Of a stretch of 53,236 nucleotides of DNA, positions 8,890 through 20,700 are shown one piece after another (the stretch's first letter is position 1; every line of letters starts with the position of its first letter). This DNA comes from a virus (lineage: Duplodnaviria > Caudoviricetes), in the IMG/VR virus record IMGVR_UViG_3300030098_002282, positions 1-53,236 of that record, one strand, 5' to 3'. Under the pieces are notes generated by a model that was not told where the DNA came from, ran no database searches, and was given only the letters and a program-made list of their open reading frames with translations. Both the position numbers and the translations under genes were made by a program.

Positions 8890-9111
8890 ATGAATCAGAT
8901 ATTATATTTATTTGAAGAAAAGATTGAAGATATAACTAAAGTTTACCTATCTGATGGAATATGGTACAGAGTAACAGAGCTTGAAGTATTTGGGCATTTT
9001 GGACAAAAACCCCAGTATTTTACTTTACTTACTCAAGGTGATGTATTAATGAAAAAGATATGTGGTAAAGCTAGTGATATAAGGCTAATAGAAATGGAGT
9101 ATAACCAATGA
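8890..9111 (+). CDS. Hypothetical protein
   Basis: AGGAG RBS. Confidence 0.7.
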   Translation: MNQILYLFEEKIEDITKVYLSDGIWYRVTELEVFGHFGQKPQYFTLLTQGDVLMKKICGKASDIRLIEMEYNQ

Positions 9112-9464
9112 GAAAGTTAATAAGTGCAATACTATTTTCTAGTGATGTTGAATTATCAAAAGAACAGAGAATAACATTGTCAGGGAAAATAGAAGATGCA
9201 ATTAAATCACAATATGATTATACACATAAAACACAAAGAGAGCCGTTAAATAACGGAGCAAATATTAGAGAACATAATACTGCAGTTGTTAGATTGACAC
9301 AGGAAGAGCTTTATACCTGTGCTATGGAATTACAAGACAAATCTTTGTCTATATTCTTTGGAGGTCTATCTAATCAATTACAGAAAATGGACGAAGAAAG
9401 ACAAAGAGAGGAAATGGCTAATCGTGGTGTAGACTTTTGCGAACCCGGTGTTAACTGTGAATAA
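9108..9464 (+). CDS. Hypothetical protein
   Basis: GGAG RBS, ATGA overlap. Confidence 0.7.
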   Translation: MRKLISAILFSSDVELSKEQRITLSGKIEDAIKSQYDYTHKTQREPLNNGANIREHNTAVVRLTQEELYTCAMELQDKSLSIFFGGLSNQLQKMDEERQREEMANRGVDFCEPGVNCE

Positions 9465-9642
9465 AAGAAGTGACGCCTTACGCTCTTGTGCTAACTGGGA
9501 TGCAGGTAAATGTATCGGTTGCTTGATTAGATGTGAACTTGATGGAACAATACTAATGATAATAAACAAGAAAATGCAAGGCAAGGAATGTAACCCTGAA
9601 GGTTGCAAATATTTTGAAGAGCTGGTAGTACCAGTTCTTTAG
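9448..9642 (+). CDS. Small Cys-rich hypothetical protein (probable start GTG 9457)
   Basis: Six Cys in about 60 aa; last gene of the + strand block. Confidence 0.6.
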   Translation: MLTVNKRSDALRSCANWDAGKCIGCLIRCELDGTILMIINKKMQGKECNPEGCKYFEELVVPVL

Positions 9643-9657
9643 TGACTCCGTGTCTAA

Positions 9658-9697
9658 AGAAGGTGGGGATAACGCTCTCTTTTATCCCCCCTTTTCT
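9658..9697. terminator. Probable terminator between the convergent early and late blocks
   Basis: GGGGATAA-loop-TTATCCCC followed by CTTTTCT, located between converging ORFs. Confidence 0.6.
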
Positions 9698-9786
9698 AAA
9701 ATTATACCAAAATTTAAATTCGTTTTTATTTTTTTTATTTTGGTGAGTATGCACTCAGGATTTTCATTTTTCGTTGAAAAGTAAAA

Positions 9787-11715
9787 TTATATAATTTCGT
9801 CCAATTCTTTTTCACCCTCTTTCTGACCTATCAAATGCCAAGCAAGTAAACCTGCTCCCATTGCAACAGGATGTAAAGCTAAGCCGGGTATCCTTTTTCC
9901 TGCAAACTTTAAAAAACTCTTTGGGTTTTCGAGAGCCTTTCGTTTAATATATCTTAAAGATTCCGTACTCATTCCTTTTTTTCTTACATAATGTTTAACA
10001 TCACCTCTTGTAAGTTTCTTTTCTTTCAACTCATTTAATCTATTATCTTGACCATAAAAAGGATTTGCTCGAGTCATATTACGAGTCATTTCTTTACCAC
10101 TTCTACCATCATAAGTTCTAAACTCTTCTTCAACTATAAAAGGAATGTTTCTTTGAAATCCAGAATGTCCACTCATTGGAAGGTCACTTAAATCACTAGT
10201 CACCATTCTTTGTGCTATTTTAGTTGCTCTGCTTCCGGGCTCTATAAAAGGTTTATAATCTACTGTAGCATTAATCCCACCTTCTAAATAACTATTTGTT
10301 ACTCTACCTATCCCACTTAACTGGAATTGACCACGACTACCTGCTCTAAATGCTCCCTGCTTTTTCATTTGATATGCTATTTTACGAGCTTCGTTTTGAG
10401 AGTATTGATTAGACATTTCTTTAAGCAAGAACTGTCCTCTTTCAGACCTTCTAGCATTTATAGACATTCCTTTATATTCATTCATATACTTGTTATATCT
10501 TCGCAAACCTTTAGGTGGTTTATCTGCTTCATTTGACCAGTTTTCACCATATTCTCTCAAGTCTCTCCATTTATATGTAAAAGCACCTCCTAGATTTAAA
10601 TTTTTTAATGCTAATTGAATTTCTTTCATACCAAAGTGTGGATTTTCATATGCTATTTGAGATGCATACCTACCCATCTTTTGAAAGACCCTTGAAGGTC
10701 CTCTTTTAATTCTCATATCATGCTGATGAACATTTCTTATTAAATTAATAGCAGTCTCGTCATTAAGCATCATACCTTTTTTAAGACCTAATCTATTTGT
10801 TAATTTATTAGAGTATTTATTAACATCATTTTCCCATTGTTGACCGCCAATACTTTTCATATAATCTTTAACATCACCCCATCTATATTGACCAGCGTAC
10901 TCATAACCTGCCATTTTCAATCTTTCATTAGACCATCTTCTATTTGCCCACATAGCGTGTGATTCGCTCTTTGCTATTTCGTGTCTCCATTTTCTATCAA
11001 ACTCTCCATATCTTTCGTATTTTCTTTTTGCTTTCTGTTTATCTAGTGTGAGTTGTGCGGTTCTTCTATAATGTTGTTCTTGATTTATCACACCTTGAGA
11101 CCTAGCTTTATCAAGTTGACCTAGTTCTGCATCTATATTGCTTATCCTACCATCAATTCCTAAATTGTTTCTTCTAGCAGTATCTCTTTTTAAAAACCAA
11201 AGTGACTCTTCTGGAGTTACATTCATACCGCCTTTCATATCTTTTTTGTACCATTTATAATAATCCATAGCTGTACGATTCTGACCGTTCTTTTTTAATT
11301 CATATTGAAGGTCCTCAAATTGAGTAGGATTTTTTAAATTTTTATATACTTTATTAGCATCATCCATAGATGAGTTTTGTATCGCCTGTAAAGCACCTTG
11401 GTCAAAACCAAATTGTTGAGCCTTACCTTTTATTGTACCAGTAAGGTTTCTTTTTATACTTGTTGCTTTATTACCAAGTGCTTCCTCTGTCTTAGTCATA
11501 TCTTTTAGAGGGTCTTGGTCATAGTAACCAGCACTAAAGTTTCTCATATTCATACCAGCCCAAGCCATTGCTGGCTTAGGTAAGGTCATTATACTTGAGC
11601 CAATTACTGCACCTAATGCACTGTTGCCCATTGCATCATCAGGGTCATCTGTTGCAACATAAGAAGCACCTCCCCCTATTAAAGCCCCCAGCATTCCGTG
11701 AGTACCGTATAGCAT
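9787..11715 (-). CDS. Putative internal virion/ejection protein
   Basis: Last late gene, coupled to the vRNAP gene; Gly-rich hydrophobic termini and a basic core. Confidence 0.5.
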   Translation of the reverse strand: MLYGTHGMLGALIGGGASYVATDDPDDAMGNSALGAVIGSSIMTLPKPAMAWAGMNMRNFSAGYYDQDPLKDMTKTEEALGNKATSIKRNLTGTIKGKAQQFGFDQGALQAIQNSSMDDANKVYKNLKNPTQFEDLQYELKKNGQNRTAMDYYKWYKKDMKGGMNVTPEESLWFLKRDTARRNNLGIDGRISNIDAELGQLDKARSQGVINQEQHYRRTAQLTLDKQKAKRKYERYGEFDRKWRHEIAKSESHAMWANRRWSNERLKMAGYEYAGQYRWGDVKDYMKSIGGQQWENDVNKYSNKLTNRLGLKKGMMLNDETAINLIRNVHQHDMRIKRGPSRVFQKMGRYASQIAYENPHFGMKEIQLALKNLNLGGAFTYKWRDLREYGENWSNEADKPPKGLRRYNKYMNEYKGMSINARRSERGQFLLKEMSNQYSQNEARKIAYQMKKQGAFRAGSRGQFQLSGIGRVTNSYLEGGINATVDYKPFIEPGSRATKIAQRMVTSDLSDLPMSGHSGFQRNIPFIVEEEFRTYDGRSGKEMTRNMTRANPFYGQDNRLNELKEKKLTRGDVKHYVRKKGMSTESLRYIKRKALENPKSFLKFAGKRIPGLALHPVAMGAGLLAWHLIGQKEGEKELDEII

Positions 11716-14700
11716 TATGCTTCCTCAGTTCCTGCAAAGTAATTAGATGCTTTCATTCCCGGTGGTGTCCAAAACTCTGTACCTTTCTCTTCTTCTTTCT
11801 TTCTCTTGGTAGATATTCTTTTTGCACCTACTATTGGTAGTCCAGTTAATTTGTCTAATCCGTAGTATGGATTCTCAGTTAATCCTCCCGGTCCAACTAA
11901 GTCTCTTGCTAACCTACCAAATGGAAACATTGTCCAAGTATAATAATTAGCCATCTTTTCCCAATCATCATTGATAAGACCATTAAGTATTGGTCCTGTT
12001 AATCTAAATGATGGTGGTGTAATCAATTGTAACGGGGCTAATTTACCGGGATAAGCTCCAAAGAAAGCTCTGTCTCTTTCTTCTTCATTACCAAATAACC
12101 AATCACCTAAGTCTTGAAACCAAGCGTATGGTTGTGGCATTTGTGAGCCAAATAATGAGTACATAAACATAGAACCTAATGCTAATGATAAAGTATCTGC
12201 TATCATTAGTCTTTTAAACCTACCAAATTCAGGGCTTCCTTGACTTATACCTCTTAAAGCCGCCTCTCTAATTATAGTATTTCTATATCTTACACTATTC
12301 CAAGCCCATAATTGGAACCTAGATATCACTTTACCCATAGCAGTGCCAGCAAACATAGGTCTAAATGGTACAGAATACAAAAATTGTGTGGCTTTAACGC
12401 CTTTTTTACCCATTTCTATAAGGTAGGGGTGGTCTTTTGGCAGTGTTCTTCCACCTAATTTATCTCTAGCTTGTATATAATGAGCTATAAATGAGTCTCT
12501 ACGCAATGCTCGTTCAGGTAATGACATAAATTTCCCTGCAACATCCATCATACCTTTACCTAAATTATGTTTTTTCATTAAATCACGAAAAGAAATGTCA
12601 GGTAAGTCAGGGTCTTTCTTTACTGCTCTTCTAAAATCTTTTAAAAATGCTTGCCAATTAGCACCAGTTAATTGTGGGTTGGCACCAATCTCACGAATGA
12701 TAAACTCTTCAATGATGCCAAGCTCTCTTACCCACCTATTAACATCTTCCCAGCTCTTAAACTCTGGGTCAATAGTCTTTCTTAGATAGTCTAGTTTCTT
12801 TGCTTTAATAAAGTTATTAAATCCTGCATTAACAATAGTCATTTGACTACCACCTAAATAGTTACCGATACTTGATTTAGGATGTGCTAATAATGTAGCA
12901 AGTGCATACTTTGCTTCCATATTACCTAAGTTAATAACGGCTTGTGCACTAACTTTATCTAAGGATTTTAATTCAGGTGGCAACCCTTTACCCTTACCAA
13001 CTAGACCTAATTTTCTACCTATCTGGTCAAATCTTGTAGCCACTCTGTTGTCTGCTAATGAACCATATAATGTACCTTTGATTTTCATCTTATCATTATC
13101 AAACATTTCTTTAGGAATAATAGCAGGAAAGCCTAACGATTGTTGTGCGTACAACTTAAAGTAATTCATCCAACTTGTTCTTAAGTCTGTTGGCATATCC
13201 TTATGCTGTTTAGCAAACTCATTAATAGTTTCTCTTGATAATATTTGACCCAAGTTTCTATAAAATGTTTTTGTTATACTTTGAGTATAATCTAGGTACG
13301 CCTCAGGTGCTGTAGACCATCCTTCTATATGATTCTCTCTTGAGAACTGATTTCCTATTCTTTGTAGGTTATCAAACCATTTTATTTCTTCATTAGTTTT
13401 CTTACCTTGTTGCTTTTTTATTATAGCATCAGTTATATGCTCCCAAGTTTCATTAATAATATCTGCTTCAACAAAATCACCTGATAATTGTTTTGATTTC
13501 ATATACAACTTAGCAATCATTTGTTTCTTTTCTGCTACAGGTCTATTGCTTTGCCAAATAATCTCAATCTTTTTTGTTAAATCACCCATCATAATACCTT
13601 TCTCAAAATGTTTTGCAACATGAGGAAAGTATCCATAGATACCGGGTTTGTCTCCAACAGTTTTTAATTCACCAAGCATTCCTGTATCAAAGTTTATCTT
13701 TTTATTAGAAAGTTTTTCTGATAAACCCCCAAGTAACACCTGCCTTATAGGGTTTTTATCACCTGCCAGTCTTTCAGCTTCTCTTATTTGTCCCATCTGC
13801 ATACCAAGAATAATCTTTCTTTGCCCATCCATACCAAGTTTCTCTATTGGGAATGGTTTATTATTGACAAAGTGGTCAGTGACCCACTTAATCATTTTCT
13901 TTCTGGACACTACAGGTATTTCTGTGTTAACAATATTACCTTCAGCGTCAACTGTTGTGTAAAATTCTAACTTATTCCTCTTCTTCTCAACAAATTCTTT
14001 CCAAACTTTCTGGTCACCTACTAATTTCTGGTGATTCTCAAAGTTTTTTAATGCAAGTAATTGATGTATTTCTTCAACTAACTGTCGTGCAGGTTTTCTA
14101 ACACCACTAGTAAGAGTTAGTAATCTATTTTGAGTATTCTCCCAGTCTATTTTCTCAGACATTTCAGCAGTTCTTCTTTCATAGTTTCTAGCATACTCTT
14201 CAGTTAACTTATCTCCTGTTAATGCCCGTTCCCTTAATCGTCTAGGCATATAATCAGATTCAAATTTCATAGCGGCAAAATCCCATAAGTCTCTACCTAA
14301 TTCAGTAGTCATATATGGTTCACTTAAGTTACCCCATTCACGCTCTTCTCTTTGATTCTCCATAGTAGCAACTTCTTGGCTAAGATGAATATTTCTTTGT
14401 AGCTCACCCATCCATCCTTGAGCAGTCTTACCTTTACCTGTTACCCAGTTTCCATGTCTATCTTTATAAATAGTATCAACTGTGTTCCAATTTATCTCAT
14501 GTCTCATTATATCTCTATCAACTGCCTCTGGAAACATTCTATAAAATCTTTTAGCTAGTTTTGGAAACTCTCCTTCAACTTTAGCAAATGTCTTTTGGAA
14601 CCAAGTACCTTCTCTATGGTCTCTAAATATATTATTAACAACCTCCCAGTCCTCTAGAGTCATAGTGTTTATATCTTTGTTTATCATATCTCTTACAATA

Positions 14701-17700
14701 AGATGTAGATTTTCTCTAGTTTGTGGACCATAGTAATCCATATTAGATATAATCTCATTCATTACTTTCTTTGCTTTACTTGACACTATAACATCTTTAT
14801 GTTGTTCTAACTGTGAAAATGGAGCGTAATCCTCTAAATATTTCTGCGTTTTCTTAGAGTAATCATGTTGGTTTATAGCCAAACCTTCTGTTCTTTTACC
14901 TCCCTCATCAAACAAGGGTTGCTTTTTATTCTCAGCCTCCAGATTTTTTGTTATCTGTTTAGCAACCCTCGTATCTCTCCCGGAATCTTCGTACCTAAAT
15001 TGTTCGTACGCTTGCTCCATTAAATCAAGCTGTCGTTTGATTATATGGTCGCCTACTTCCTTGGATGCGAATCCCACTCTATTAAATTGTGTGTTGTGTA
15101 ACTGCCTTGACTTTGTATCTAAATACCTTTGTAAAGCCATATATGATTTATAACCATATTCTTTTTTACTATTATCAATTTTCTTTTTTGCATTTTGTAA
15201 TCTACCTACTATCTCTGGGTCACCTCTTTTCCAACTAGATATTAACATAGCGTCAAATAAATCACTCTCTGCTCTAGTCATCCCATCTTTATACTTTGCA
15301 ATAGCATCATCAAGCTGTCTCTGGTCCATTTCTCTAGTAGTAGTTTGACCCTCTATTGTTCTATCTAATTCAAGAATCATTCTCTTTGTCTTATCATCCA
15401 TCTCTAAATCTTTTAGAGGTTCAAGAGCGTCTCTTTCTTTGTCTTGTTTAGACTTTAATCTTTGTATAGCATCTACTACTTTAGCGTACTCTGCAAACTG
15501 TTCAGGGGGAATAACATCTTTATTCCAAACTTCTTTTAATAATCTAGCACTAGCCCAGTCTCCCATATCATTTGATAAAGAATCACCAGCTAGTTTAATT
15601 ATATTTTCTAGTATTTTCTTTCTAGCGTTTCTAGGAATTGCATCTACACCACCAGCTAATTCGATAATATCACCTTTGGTAATTTTATTATGTGCCTTTC
15701 CAAATAAAGTCCATTGTATTCTTCTTCCTATTTTTTTCTTTTCATGAAGACCAAATGTATTACCTTTTGCACCCATCTTTCTCATGGCTTTATCTACTCT
15801 ATCATTAACTCTAGGTAGTTCAGAAAATACATCAGGGCTTTCATGCATTCTCTTGTATTCATTAAAGAAATAGTCGGGATGCCTAGATAGTAATTCACCA
15901 AACCCTTCATTCCATATAAATTCTTTTCTACTATCTACATTAAATAAATCATATTTTTGAACTATTTCTAATGGTCTATTCTTAGGTATCGTCATACTAC
16001 CCCTACCAAGCAAACCCATTATCTCTTGGTAATCAGTGTTTGATAATGTTTCTTGAACATTCTTATACCAATTATCAAGCTTTGCTCTATCCATACGGTG
16101 TAATAAACTATCTGAAAAATCTAAATCTTTAGTTAAGTTGGCAACTTTTCCATTAAATGAAAGGTCAGTCCTTTCGTTTGGACCTTTTGGAACTTGTTTA
16201 ATTCTATTTATAGACTGAATAAAGTCAAATACATTATGAGCCTTACCAGTCTCTAAGTTCCTACCAAAAGATGCACTATTTATACCAGACATTATGCCTA
16301 CAAATGCTTTCTTTCTCTCTTGAGTTGTTAAAGCTTCATTATCTTTAGTCCATTTTCTACCATCTCTTGCACTATGATGTGTCTTCATCTTAAATAATGA
16401 ATCAAATATAGCATTAAAGAATACATCTGTACCTTTTAATCCAGCTTCATCCATAGGGTCAGATGCAAAAGCAACAGTAGCACGAGCTATTTTTCTAAAC
16501 TTCTTTAAACCTTCCTTGCTTGTAATAGGAGTAAGTTCATACTTTATATTTCCCCATCTATCTATTTCATAATAAGTATCTTTACCTTCAAATTCTAAGT
16601 GTGACCTTACTTGATTATAGGCGGCTAAAATAGAAGACCTATTTACAACAGATGGACCAAGCATATTCCTACCAACATGAGCTCCTGTACTTGCTTGATA
16701 CCTAAGCAATGGTGACCACCTTAATGATGGAGTTTTTATTCTATCTAGCAACTCATAGTCTTGAGAAGTTAACAACTCTTTCATATCTTTAGGTTTATTA
16801 TGAGCAATCTCAGTCAAACCAGTCTTTTTATTTTTTACATAGTACTCTTCTTTTTGTGAACCATAAGCCTCACGCCATTCTTTTTTAAATCCATTCTTTT
16901 CACCACCAAAAAAGATAGATGCTTTATCACCATCTAAATCGGCTCCTCCCAGTGCTTCCATAGTTCTTGGATGTAAGACACTACCAAATCCTTTTCTGCC
17001 CGTAAAGCCCTTAAATTGGAGCTTATGAGCCCCACTGAGTGAGTCCATAGGTACTCTTACTACTACTGCTTCTAATACATCTTCAAATCTTTTCTTAACT
17101 TCTTGGTTTAACCTTGGTTTTTGTAACTGTTCCCATATATAACCCAGTTTTAATGTAGCCCCATCGTCCATATGTATTTTTAAATCACGGAATCCTTCAT
17201 CAAGATAAAAGATACTATCATTCTCATTAAGCTCAGGTAATTTTTTCTGTAGATACTCATCGTAACCTGTCATTCTAGATGTTGCACTATTTCTCAACCT
17301 TGGTTTAACTATTTGAGAAAGTATATAGTTTCTCATAACGCTTTGTCTATAACTATCTCCAACTTTATGTAACAATGGAACAAGTGAATCTGGTTTTAAC
17401 TGAACTATTCTATCAAACACGCTTTGCCACTCCATAGCATCTAGTTTTAAACTGTGTGCATCTTGTGCTGACATCTCACCTTCAGATTGGAGCTCACCTA
17501 CTATCTGGTCATTGATTCTTAAAATTTTATTGTATGCTTTAGTAGCAAAGCTTTCGTGTGCTGGACTATTTATTAAGTCTAATAATTGTCTAATACCTAT
17601 ATCTTCTATATTACTAAGCAACTGTGCTTCAGTCTTAGTATCGCCCGGATTTTTTAATAATGTTTCTGCTAATGTGTTCTGTTCTTTTGTTCCATTAAAT

Positions 17701-20700
17701 GACTCAACACTTGCTCTTTCAAATATACCATCTATAACCCGTTGCTTTATTGGATTAAAGCCAAATGGTGTAAGATTAGATTGCATCTGTTTAGGAAGTC
17801 TTTGTGGTTTGATAAACTTATCACTTGTTATTTCTGATGCTACAACTTTTATATCTTTTACAGGTAATGTGTAACGATGCCTAGTATTCTGACCTGTTGG
17901 ACCAACCAATTTTATTCCTCTACCTGTCCATTCCCACTTATCCCATATATCTCTTTGACCATACTGCTTAGCAGATGATTCAGGTATTATCATTTCAATC
18001 TTTGCTCTTCTCATTGCCTCTGCTTGTGCTTCAGGAGCCGCCTTGAATTGATACTTACCAAGCAATGCTCCAAATTGAGCATCAGGTGAGACTATAAAAG
18101 ATTTATTTACACCACCAGATTTGTCACCATAAGGCAACCCTTGACCAGCATTTAAAGCGTCTACTATCTCAGGTAGTGCTATTATCTCACCATCCATTGT
18201 ATGCACATAATCTTCAGCCTTACTACCAGCGTGTGTTTTTTTATTAACATCTTTAGTTAATACATATCTTATACCCTCTGGTAATAACTGATGCCCAGTG
18301 GCTTCTGAAACAAATTGGTTTACATAATTAGGGTCAGAAGGTATACCATTAGTATGCCATATTTGAGACCTTTTATTATAAGCTTTTGCTGTACTTACAT
18401 TTAAGTTTTCTAGTGTTTCAAATCCTTTCCTACTAAATGGCAATCCATTTTGACTTAAATCGTATAATATATTATTTAAATAAGACCTATCAAATAGTCT
18501 TCCAGCTTGTGCCCTGTTTAATGTGTTGGCTCTTTGAAATTTAGACATAGAAGATTTTGTTGCAAAAGCATCCTGAAACAACTCTTTCTCTCTTTCATAT
18601 AACTTCACTGATTCAGGGTCTTTCTTTTTCATTGTTTCCAGAAGTTCTTTTACAACAGCATTAGGCTTTCTTCTCTTAGTTCCATCTAGGAATTTCATTC
18701 TAGACTGTAACTTTGGGTGTTCTTTTACAAAGTAAAGCCTTTCTGCATCACCCTTACCTCCAAGATACATATACCCAGACTCAGCCATTTGCTTTGTAAT
18801 AGTAGCCATAACATTATTATACTGGGTCTCAACTTCCTTTTCCATCCATTTATCAATAGCTTCTCTTTTAGCTTTCCCTTTTAACTCACTCCATTGTCCA
18901 TGTTCTGCTTCAAGTATTCCAGCTTTAGCCTCAACTTCTTTTATTAAATCCCTTCTCCAATCAGCGAAAGTTTGTTCCTGATAATACTTCCCATTAGCCT
19001 TCTTATTTGTTGTTATATCTTGGACTATTGCATAAACAGGCTCAGTTTTAGGGTCAATTTCAACACCATATCTTTCATAATATTCTCTTTGATATGCTTC
19101 TTCTATATTCTTTACAGGTTCTCTTAATTGCTTTGCGTTTCCTGCTAAATTAACAGCATCAGGTTCTAGATTTGGATTAAGAATATTTAATCTAACATCT
19201 GGGTTGTAATCAATTTCGATATCATCATCTTTAGTTTTTCTTAATCTTTCTTTTGCTGGATTCATATCCATAACAATAGATGCAACCTGAACAGGTTTAT
19301 TATGTATCCTAGCGTTACCCCATTTTACCCAGAATGACCACTCTGGGTCTTCAGGTGACTCGACAATATTCTTTTTAAATCTTTTATTAACCCACTTTAT
19401 CATATTGACCGCAGGATTTTCAGTAGAACCTGCTTGTATATTCTCACCTACAACTTGATTCCATTTTCTATTTATCAACCTCCAAGTATCTTCCATGGCA
19501 GTCTGTGGTTCAGGTGCTTCCTTCCACTGGTCTTCTAAAAATCGCTGTACATAATGCTTTGACTTGGTAAATAAAGCCTCATAACTTTGAGATGAATCAA
19601 TTAACTCAGGACTATTCTCACCATCAGTACCTTTTCCTTCTCTGCTTTCAGTAAGTTCTTCTTCTGGTTTTCTTATCCTCTCTACTGGCTCTCCTTCGTA
19701 TATCTCTTTAGCTTTTGTTTCTGCTTCTTGCATTTCTTTCATTCTACCAAGCTGGTCTCTTGCTAGTATATAACTTATTACACCACCTTGCTCTGCATCC
19801 CTAGTAGTTATTTCTTTAACAAGGTCTTTTGTTTTTGGGTCCATAGTTTCCCAACCCTCAACTAATTCAGGTGATGCAGTACCTCTTGCACCAGTTTCAG
19901 GGTCTTTGTATTGGGTTTTCATTTTATGGAGATGTTCTATAGCTCTCCTATTTTTTATATATTGCTCACCCTGACCAAAGAAAGCACCAAGTAGATAATC
20001 ATATATTTGTTCTTCAGTAGTAGCACCTCTAAGAGTAGCAGGCAATCCCATCATAAGGGAACCTGCAATACCTTTTAAAACTTTCTCATTTACCTGTTCA
20101 CTTGTTAAATCTTTTAACTTAGTTCCGGGTATAATAGGCTTAGCACCGGGTACCCTAATTAAATTACCTATAGCTCTAAAACCTGCACCTGCTATACCAC
20201 CACCTAAAGTAGCATCTGCTACTGCGTGTATACCTTCTTGCCAAGCAGATACACCTGATGCTATACCAAGATTAACTGCACCTTCCATCATATCTCCGGG
20301 TACAGTATTCATAAATTTCTCTACTGTATTAACAGCCTCGCCTTTCTTATTAATACCCTTTTTACTAAGACCTATTGCAGTTTTCTTTATACCACCAGTA
20401 GCCCATTTACCAACCATTAATGGGACAGAATGACCTCTAAGTTTCATTAAGTTAGTAGATAGCTTACTTGCCATACCTAGTTTAGATAGGACTCTTAAGC
20501 CCGGTACATACCCTATAAAGCCACCTAAATGACCAAGACTCCTTGCTATTCTTTCATAGCTAGTACGAGGTTGTTTATCTGCTTCTCCGTGGTCTATGTT
20601 TAGTGTGGTAAAACCTGCTATCCAGCCTTTACCTGCTTGAGACATCAAGCTACCAAAACTATTTTCCCCTAATGAAGTGTCCGGGGAAGACATTTTATAA

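Noticed and set aside
12595-17874. + strand ORFs inside the giant gene, and similar antisense ORFs elsewhere (e.g. 21688-22083, 41773-42417)
   Set aside because: Shadow frames of long real genes, with no RBS or motifs.
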